A stretch of DNA of 32,723 bases, from assembly GCA_020184695.1 (NCBI GenBank), contig JAANOX010000129.1, forward strand, positions 1 to 32,723, given 5' to 3'. Positions 25,929-32,723 of this stretch are shown in pieces. The first letter of the stretch is position 1; every line of letters begins with the position of its first letter. Source of the DNA: Histomonas meleagridis 2922-C6/04-290x. Lineage: Eukaryota; Protista; Parabasalia. The notes beneath the pieces were generated by a model. The model was not told the origin of the DNA. It did not search any database and saw nothing but the letters and a program-made list of their open reading frames with translations. The position numbers and the translations under genes were made by a program.

Positions 25929-27278
25929 ATGTCAGAAGTTACGATTAATATAAACAATTCTTTCTGTTTAATGAACATCAGAAATAATGCTCCATATGAT
26001 TCAAACGGAGACGAAGCAATAAATGATTTAAAGAAATGTTTTTTAGTATGTGATTCAACACCGGAAGTGTTCATATTCATAGATTATGACGCATTAAATG
26101 ATTGTGTGAAAGTATCATATACATCAGAAAATATTGCCAAACAAAAGTTGAAAAAAATAATTATTGGTAAAAGAACTGAAGGAAACAAAACAAAAAATGT
26201 TTCCGCTTGGAATTTATATATAGAAAATACAAAAGAATTTACTGTTAAAGCATTAAAATTTTATCCAAATGATCCTCAGATTTTTTCTTACTTTAGAGGA
26301 TATGATTATAAAAAGCTTGATGAAGTCAAAAATGAAATTATCCAACCGTTTTTAGATCATGTGAGAGAAGTAATAGCAAATGGTAATGAACAAATTTATA
26401 AATATATTTTAATATGGATTGCAAGCATTCTTCGAAAACCAAACTTCAAAACTGGAATTGCATTAGTTATATTAGGAAATCAAGGAACAGGAAAAAACAC
26501 ATTCTTTACAGATGTAATATGCAAATTAATGGCAAGATACGCAAATGAAAACGTTACAAATATTGAGTCAGTCGTAGGAAAATTCAATGCAACATTAGAA
26601 AATAAAAAATTACTGGTTTTAAATGACCTTCAAAGTATTGATACCAATAAATTTTTAAATTCTGATGCTTTGAAGTCTATAATAACAGATAAAACAATGA
26701 ATATCAATCAAAAGAATGAACCGATGCGTGAAACGGAAAATGTTGCTAATTTTATTATGGTTTCAAACAATGATGTTCCAATCAAGATTGAAAGCTATGA
26801 TATAAGATATCTTGTGACTAAAACTAGTGATAAACATTTACAAGATTTTAAATATTTTGCAAAATTGGCAAAAACATTTACACCTGAATTTTATGAAAAT
26901 TTATTTACATTTTTCATGATGATGGATGTGTCAAAAGCAAATTTAAGAATAATACCAAATACTGAAGCAAAAGAAAATATGAAAAAAGCTTATATGTCAA
27001 GTTATGAAATTTTCGCTAGAGATGACTATGATAAAATCAAAAATATTACTGGACCAGACTTGTTTAATTTATATTGTGATTTTATTGATAAAAATAAATT
27101 TAACAGTTGCAGTAAAAGGACTTTTATTGCAAATATGAAAAAATTCACTGGAAATGCTTCTGCAAAAAGGATTGATGGAAAAGTATTTAAAGTGTATAAT
27201 TCATTACCAGAAGTATATGATAGGTTTGAAAAAGTCCATAAGACATTAGAAGAGCAAATAGTTGCTGATGAATTATAA
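25929..27278 (+). CDS. SF3 (D5-like) helicase lacking a primase domain
   Basis: Walker A GNQGTGKN, Walker B LLVLND, motif C NFIMVSNN. Aligns by eye to residues ~305-735 of the ORF at 30411. Confidence 0.88.
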   Translation: MSEVTININNSFCLMNIRNNAPYDSNGDEAINDLKKCFLVCDSTPEVFIFIDYDALNDCVKVSYTSENIAKQKLKKIIIGKRTEGNKTKNVSAWNLYIENTKEFTVKALKFYPNDPQIFSYFRGYDYKKLDEVKNEIIQPFLDHVREVIANGNEQIYKYILIWIASILRKPNFKTGIALVILGNQGTGKNTFFTDVICKLMARYANENVTNIESVVGKFNATLENKKLLVLNDLQSIDTNKFLNSDALKSIITDKTMNINQKNEPMRETENVANFIMVSNNDVPIKIESYDIRYLVTKTSDKHLQDFKYFAKLAKTFTPEFYENLFTFFMMMDVSKANLRIIPNTEAKENMKKAYMSSYEIFARDDYDKIKNITGPDLFNLYCDFIDKNKFNSCSKRTFIANMKKFTGNASAKRIDGKVFKVYNSLPEVYDRFEKVHKTLEEQIVADEL

Positions 27279-27490
27279 CTGATGCTTTATGAATATGTTT
27301 ATTTTTATCAAAAAAGTACCATTAAAATTTTGAGGGTTAAAAATGACCTAAAAGTGAACCCTCAACGAATCGGAGAAAATGAGCATTTTCTGAAGAATTT
27401 AAGCAAATATAATATACATATCAAATGAATCACAAAATTTCGCTCTATTCAATGCTAAGAAATTCATGTTTCAAATCGATGATATCATAA

Positions 27491-28623
27491 CTAATGCTTA
27501 CTTTCAAAAAATTCTTTTTCAATTTCTGACTGTTTATGATGAGTATTACCGCGGAGAAATGAAGCAGTGATTTTATCCTTGTATGAACGTTTCCCAGGAA
27601 CGGTAAAAAGTACTTTATACTTATTTGTTTTATAATTAAATGATAAAATTTTTTCAACGGTACCGTTCCATTTACCAGGAATTGTTGACGCATATTTAAT
27701 ATTATCAGGCTTATTCTTACCAATCGGTATTAATTTAAATCTTGGTTTTGTTATTACCGTTCCGTCTTGAGCAATTAAAACGTACATGTTTCCTTTTCTT
27801 TCATCAATTTTATAACATTCACGGCTGATTTGAAATCTTTTCTTAGTTATTCCGAGAGCTCTCCGAACTCCGGCGCCGTATGGCGCCTCATGACGTGGTA
27901 ATATATAACGTACAAATGAACCGACAGGAAGAATGAGATATTTTATTCTTTTCTGTTTATCTGAAGCTTCTAAACATTTAAAGATATATTCTTTTTCTAA
28001 ATCTTTATTATCAAACATTTCTTTTGGAGAACAACCGATGGCTGAATGGTAAGTATTATTATAAATATTCAGAAACTTTTTCATTCTTTCTGGAGTAATG
28101 AACGTATATTTTTCATCATGTGATTGATGTTTTGATTTTTCCGTTGGAGTATTCATATCTCTTATTGTTCGCATGAATCTATCAATAATGCCTAAAGACG
28201 AATGGTTTTTATCTGATATTGTATGAACGGCAACTTTATTTTTAGGAAGAAGTTTTAAATTATTTTTTTCAATAAATGCTGGTTCTTCATCTGACGTTAA
28301 TTTTACCGGATGAAATTTGACAATGAATTGTTTTAATGTTTCATGAACTGCCGAAGCTGATTTTGACATCAACCGTAAACAATAGACATATCTATTATTT
28401 GTGCCAATAAACACATGCCAATATCTTGGAGTCTTTCCTTTGGTGTTATCATATAAGGTTTTATATCTTTTGTTTTAATAAATTTATCCTTCAATCTCCT
28501 TGAAATTACTTTTTTAATTTTCTTTTCACTAACATTTGTAAATTTATTTTGCACGTGTTTTTTAACGTGACTGTAAGTTTTAAAATGTGTTTTGTCAATT
28601 TCTCTATTAACGTTTAGACTCAT
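27491..28623 (-). pseudogene. Maverick-type rve integrase, frameshifted by an internal deletion at ~28449
   Basis: Joined frames: ...DIKPYMI / DNTKGKTPRYWHVFIGTNNRY...KLTSDEEPAF...NHSSLGIIDRFMRTIRD...IYNNTYHSAIGCSP, plus a C-terminal chromo/SH3-like segment (VEKILSFNYKTNKYKVLF). The strand expected to carry the first catalytic Asp is missing. Confidence 0.85.
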
Positions 28624-28659
28624 TTAAGAGTTATTAAAACGTTTTTTTAATTATATTAA

Positions 28660-28881
28660 ATGGGATTAGGTCGTATATTCGGTGGAATAAGAAAATTTAT
28701 TCAAAATGCAGGACGACTTGTAAGAAATGTTATTGATAAAGGAAAGAGAATTTACGGTAAGGTCTCGCCAATAATCAGTCGAGGAATTGAATTTGGTAAA
28801 AAGATTCCAGGAATAATTGATACAGTAAGAAAGCGTAAAGGAGATATAACAGATAACACACACACACACAGCGCTATGTGA
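28660..28881 (+). CDS. Small, very basic, amphipathic protein (candidate virion membrane-active or core protein); C-terminus derived from module M2
   Basis: MGLGRIFGGIRKFIQNAGRLVRNVIDKGKRIYGKVSPIISRGIEFGKKIPGII shows i/i+3/4 hydrophobic periodicity with many K/R. It is divergent from the integrase across a 36-bp gap. Confidence 0.6.
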   Translation: MGLGRIFGGIRKFIQNAGRLVRNVIDKGKRIYGKVSPIISRGIEFGKKIPGIIDTVRKRKGDITDNTHTHSAM

Positions 28882-28920
28882 GCTTCGTGCTACGCACTCG
28901 CTCCCACTCGCGCTACATAA
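28856..28920. other. Structured module M2: (CA)n-AGCGC-TATGT-GAGC-ttc-GTGC-tac-GCAC-tc-GCTC-ccactc-GCGCT-ACATA
   Basis: Same orientation and stem order as M1. Confidence 0.85.
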
Positions 28921-29039
28921 ACTAAAGGATGAACGGCTAAAATCGATTGAATTATCATAAATCGGTTGGTTTTGATTGAAAGTAATAAAATATATTTAAA
29001 TTCATGATGACATTTATATTTAAATGTGTGAGGCATTAA

Positions 29040-29130
29040 ACACACACACAGCACAACTCCACTTCGTTTCTATGTGCACTTCGCTTCGCTCGGTGTGTGC
29101 TCTCAGCTCATTCTCATTCGCTTCGAGAAT
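29040..29130. other. More diverged (CA)n-led GC-rich module M3 with GCTTCGC and TTCTC/GAGAA stems
   Basis: Shares ACACACACACAGC with M1/M2; GCTTCGC at 29083-29089; hairpin 29111-29129. Confidence 0.55.
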
Positions 29131-29158
29131 AAAATTAAATTTTGAAGTATATATCTAA

Positions 29159-29645
29159 CATGATAATGATAAATATTAGGTTTTTAAAAGTTGAATTTTC
29201 AAACATATATATCCTTACATGATAATGATAAATATTAGGTTTTTAAAAGTTGAATTTTCAAAATATATTCTTCAAAGTCCTTGTGTCCACGGTTGTCTTA
29301 TGGACGAACACTTCTCTTAAAACTTACCCGCAACACGCAACTACGCAACACGCAATTTTCAAACATATATATCCTTACATGATAATGATAAATATTAGGT
29401 TTTCGAAAGTTGAATTTTCAAAATATATATATCCTTACATGATAATGATAAATATTAGGTTTTTAAAAGTTGAATTTTCAAAATATATATCTAACATGAT
29501 AATGATAAATATTAGGTTTTTAGAAGTTGAATTTTCAAAATATATTCTTCAAAGTCCTTGTGTCCACGGTTGTCTTATGGACGAACACTTCTCTTAAAAC
29601 TTACCCGCAACACGCAACTACGCAACACGCAATTTTCAAACATAT
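29159..29645 (+). repeat. Composite tandem array A-A-B-A-A-A-B (A ~59 bp, B ~90 bp)
   Basis: A (CATGATAATGATAAATATTAGGTTT...GTTGAATTTTCAAA) starts at ~29159, 29218, 29378, 29438 and 29495. Identical B copies (TATTCTTCAAAGTCCTTG...CTTACCCGCAACACGCAA...) lie at ~29266-29355 and ~29543-29632. Confidence 0.93.
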
Positions 29646-30196
29646 GATGTTGTATAATATATATTGCTACAAATTATTTTAATAATACCCTTTTATAAAA
29701 GACATAGTCAGACATAATATTATTAACATATAAATTGTTAACATATAAAATTGTTGAAATATAAATTGTTGAAATATAAATTGTTGAAAATATAATATAT
29801 ATACATATTGTCTGTCTACGTCTTTTATAAAGGGTTATTATTATAATAATTGTTAGCAATATATATTACGCAATATATATATATATTATTGTTGTTATGT
29901 TGCGTAATTGCGTAAATTGTCGTGTTGCGGGTAAGTTTTAGATGAAGTTATATGTCTACGGACAGACTGGGACATCAAGGACTTTGAAGAAATACTATAA
30001 AAATAACCAAAATAACATACTTTTAATACATATATTTTTACACAACATTTTTTAAAACTTATGTTGTTTGTAATTATATTGTTAATAATATTTTTGTTGC
30101 GTAATTGCGTAAATTGTCGTGTTGCGGGTAAGTTTTAGATGAAGTTATATGTCTACGGACAGACTGGGACATCAAGGACTTTGAAGAAATACTATA
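29266..30196. repeat. Large imperfect palindrome centred at ~29760
   Basis: Inner arms 29656-29715 / 29807-29867 surround four ~14-bp ATATAAATTGTT(G/A)A units. Outer B copies (29266, 29543) face two diverged inverted B' copies (29899-29994, 30096-30196) that are identical to each other. Confidence 0.88.
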
Positions 30197-30250
30197 GATT
30201 TACTATAAATCTGCTGTAATATTGATTGTTGAAAAATAAATAATTTGTTT

Positions 30251-30289
30251 ATAAGTATTGTTTTCATAAGTATTGTTTTCATAAGTATT
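30251..30289. repeat. Short direct repeats ATAAGTATTGTTTTC (x2.6) upstream of the Prim-Pol-helicase
   Basis: Directly visible; the core GTATTGTTTT recurs at ~30362. Confidence 0.7.
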
Positions 30290-30410
30290 ATGTTTCAAAA
30301 TATATATATATATTAATATGTTTGGAAAAATATATATCAAAAATATTACTTTTAAAAAGCAGTATTGTTTTTATATAATTTCATTTTTTTTCCTCTTATA
30401 AAAATAGATC

Positions 30411-32618
30411 ATGTCGCAGACTACGACAACATTAAAAGAACGTATTGGTAATAATATCATCAACTTATATAATTACAATAAACACGACAAAAGACAACCC
30501 GGAAGAAATACTGTTACAGGCAAAGCTTTATTAAATAATAAAATTAAAAATTTATCAGTAATAGATATTGATATAAATAAATCTTTAGATAACGATACTA
30601 AAGATAAAATACGTAATAATATTTTATCTAAGTTATCTGATGATGATATTATTGTAAAAACAGCTTCAGGCGGTTTACATATATACTGTAATACTGATGA
30701 ATTTATTGCTAATAATAACAGAATGATTAAATGTTATAAATCTAATGAATTTGATATAGATATATTTAATTGTTATGATGAAAATAAACGTTCATTAATT
30801 GTAATGGCGGGTTCAAAATATAGAGATTCATCACATAAATTACCTATTTCAACATATGAATTTATTAGAGGTAATTATGACAGTATTATTATCAGAAATG
30901 TTAATGATATATTAAAGGATTTAGATATAAAAATAACTATAGAACAACCACAGGAAGTTCAAAATATTATTAAGATGTATAATAACTCTGACAATATCAC
31001 TGTCGGTTTTGCTAGAACATTAATGTATGGTTTAGAAGGTCTTGAAATACATAATGATTCTGGTGATATACCTTTATCAAAAGAAATTACATTATTCCCG
31101 CTATTTCAAGCTATTAATAGTTTACCTAATGAAGTAATAAATGAAGCATATGACTTTATATATAATAATTGTAACTTAACGCCTAATGCTAAATCTAACT
31201 TTTATAATGCTAAAGAGAGATATATGCATTTACAAACTCATTACGGAGTTTTAATTAAAATAATCAAACTTTATAATAACGATTTTTATAAGAAATTCAT
31301 TAAAAATGATGTTGACGATATTGTTATACATGATATAATACTTAATGATAATTTTAGCATGACAAATATACGTGAGAAAGCTGAGAAACATATATATAAA
31401 TGTTTTAAGGATATTGTTGAAGATCTAAGCAAAGTAATTAGATTTGTAGAAAGTAATAATTTAATGTTTATTATTAAAACGTTTGATATTCATAATGATA
31501 AATATGTTATTGGTTATATGACAAATACTAATATGAAAGAATTGCTTAAAATGATTAAACTTTGGAAAGATGATAGAAAAACAATCACTGCTTACGACGC
31601 TTTTATAGCATATCAATCAAAACTAACTATAAAGGGAGTTAGATTCTATAGTAATAACAATAAAGGTATATTTTCTATATTTCAAGGATATAAATACAAA
31701 TCTGTTGATAAAATAAACATAGATATAATATCTAATTTCTTAAATATGATTAAAGAAGTAATTGCTGATAATAATAATGATATATATAATTATCTATTAA
31801 ATTGGGTATCATATATAATACAAAATCCCGGTAAAAAAACTGAAACTGCAATTGTTTTAAAAGGATTGCAAGGTATTGGTAAGAATACATTTACTGACGT
31901 TATTTGTGAATTATTATTAAGCGGATATGATGAAAAAAATATTAATCAAATAGGTGAATTAACAGGTAATTTTAACAGCGTTGTTGAAAATAAGATGTTA
32001 TTAGTATTAAATGAATTAAAAAATGTCGGTGAAGACAGACTTGCAAATTTTGATACTTTGAAATCAATTATTACTGATAAAACTATTAGAATTAATGAGA
32101 AAAATCAACCTAGAAGAACTTCTGAAAACGTTGCTAATTGTATATTCGTTACTAATAACAGTTATCCTGTAAAAATAGAATCAGGTGACAGAAGATATGT
32201 CGTATTATTATGTAACGGTAAATATAAGGACAATCATGATTATTGGAATAATTTATATAACAGTTTTACTCCTGAGTTTTATAATCATTTATTAACATAT
32301 TTTATAAAAAAAGATATTAATAATTATAATCCCAGAATTATACCTGTAACAGAAGCTAAACAAGATTTAATAGAAGCATCAAGAAACCCTGTAGAACAAT
32401 TCATATGTGATAATTATGATAAATTATGTGAGGGTTGGTTATGTTCAGAAGTATTATATAATAAACCATATGATATTAAAGAAAGGTCTTTTCAACTTCA
32501 ATTAAAAGATAAGTGTTATAGAAAACGTCAAACTTCTGGTGAAAGAAAGTGGTATAATATATTAAAAGATGAGTATAAAAATATATATCATCAAACAGAA
32601 CATATTGACAATGATTAA
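30411..32618 (+). CDS. Intact 735-aa Prim-Pol (AEP) primase-polymerase fused to an SF3 D5-like helicase
   Basis: AEP motifs VIDID, KTASGGLHIY, FDIDIF...IVMAGS; helicase motifs GLQGIGKN, LLVLNEL, NCIFVTNN and SGDRRY. Confidence 0.92.
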   Translation: MSQTTTTLKERIGNNIINLYNYNKHDKRQPGRNTVTGKALLNNKIKNLSVIDIDINKSLDNDTKDKIRNNILSKLSDDDIIVKTASGGLHIYCNTDEFIANNNRMIKCYKSNEFDIDIFNCYDENKRSLIVMAGSKYRDSSHKLPISTYEFIRGNYDSIIIRNVNDILKDLDIKITIEQPQEVQNIIKMYNNSDNITVGFARTLMYGLEGLEIHNDSGDIPLSKEITLFPLFQAINSLPNEVINEAYDFIYNNCNLTPNAKSNFYNAKERYMHLQTHYGVLIKIIKLYNNDFYKKFIKNDVDDIVIHDIILNDNFSMTNIREKAEKHIYKCFKDIVEDLSKVIRFVESNNLMFIIKTFDIHNDKYVIGYMTNTNMKELLKMIKLWKDDRKTITAYDAFIAYQSKLTIKGVRFYSNNNKGIFSIFQGYKYKSVDKINIDIISNFLNMIKEVIADNNNDIYNYLLNWVSYIIQNPGKKTETAIVLKGLQGIGKNTFTDVICELLLSGYDEKNINQIGELTGNFNSVVENKMLLVLNELKNVGEDRLANFDTLKSIITDKTIRINEKNQPRRTSENVANCIFVTNNSYPVKIESGDRRYVVLLCNGKYKDNHDYWNNLYNSFTPEFYNHLLTYFIKKDINNYNPRIIPVTEAKQDLIEASRNPVEQFICDNYDKLCEGWLCSEVLYNKPYDIKERSFQLQLKDKCYRKRQTSGERKWYNILKDEYKNIYHQTEHIDND

Positions 32619-32723
32619 AAATAAGAGATTTCAAATATATTATTTTTAATTATTTTTTAAAAACAGCTACTGTATTATTATCAATTATTGTAGTTATTTT
32701 TCCAATAATCATACTGTTTATTT

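Larger units (their letters stand above)
25400..32723. mobile_element. Maverick/Polinton-like (endogenous virus-like) cluster, probably pieces of two related elements; may extend beyond the window
   Basis: Two SF3 D5-like helicases, an rve integrase, a basic amphipathic ORF and dense terminal/origin-like repeats. No pPolB, packaging ATPase or capsid seen. Boundaries and TSD not identified. Confidence 0.7.

Noticed and set aside
29159-29645. CRISPR-like array
   Set aside because: Units are contiguous, the intervening B segments are identical rather than unique spacers, there are no cas genes, and the context is eukaryotic.
29250-29859. ORFs 29250-29597 and 29674-29859
   Set aside because: Translations of the repeat/palindrome region with no family motif.

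Overview
Very AT-rich eukaryotic DNA with no recognisable introns. It is most likely from a parabasalid (Trichomonas/Tritrichomonas-like); this is inferred from the gene families present and one TCAYT Inr element, not from a search. The left ~22 kb is a patchwork of disrupted host genes: a 1.63-kb inverted duplication carrying BspA-like LRR surface-protein genes, with a BspA fragment, a probable dynein heavy-chain fragment and a minisatellite between the arms; a multi-GAF cyclic-nucleotide phosphodiesterase with a 78-Asn insertion; an internally deleted PRP38; two ankyrin/DUF3447-like pseudogenes flanking a full-length mariner; and further BspA remnants. The right ~10 kb is mobile DNA: a near-intact MULE transposase, then a Maverick/Polinton-like cluster with two SF3 (D5-like) helicases (one fused to Prim-Pol), an rve integrase and a small basic amphipathic ORF, but no pPolB, capsid or packaging ATPase in the window. 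The most unusual signals are non-coding and lie in that cluster: a repeated (CA)n-led GC-rich module with compensatory base changes and GNA triloops, a GTAAC/GTTAC inverted repeat upstream of one helicase, and a ~930-bp imperfect palindrome upstream of the other. At least four coding deletions sit on 5-6 nt microhomologies. All alignments and family calls were made by eye or from recalled motifs. Many frameshifts fall in homopolymers and may be sequencing errors.
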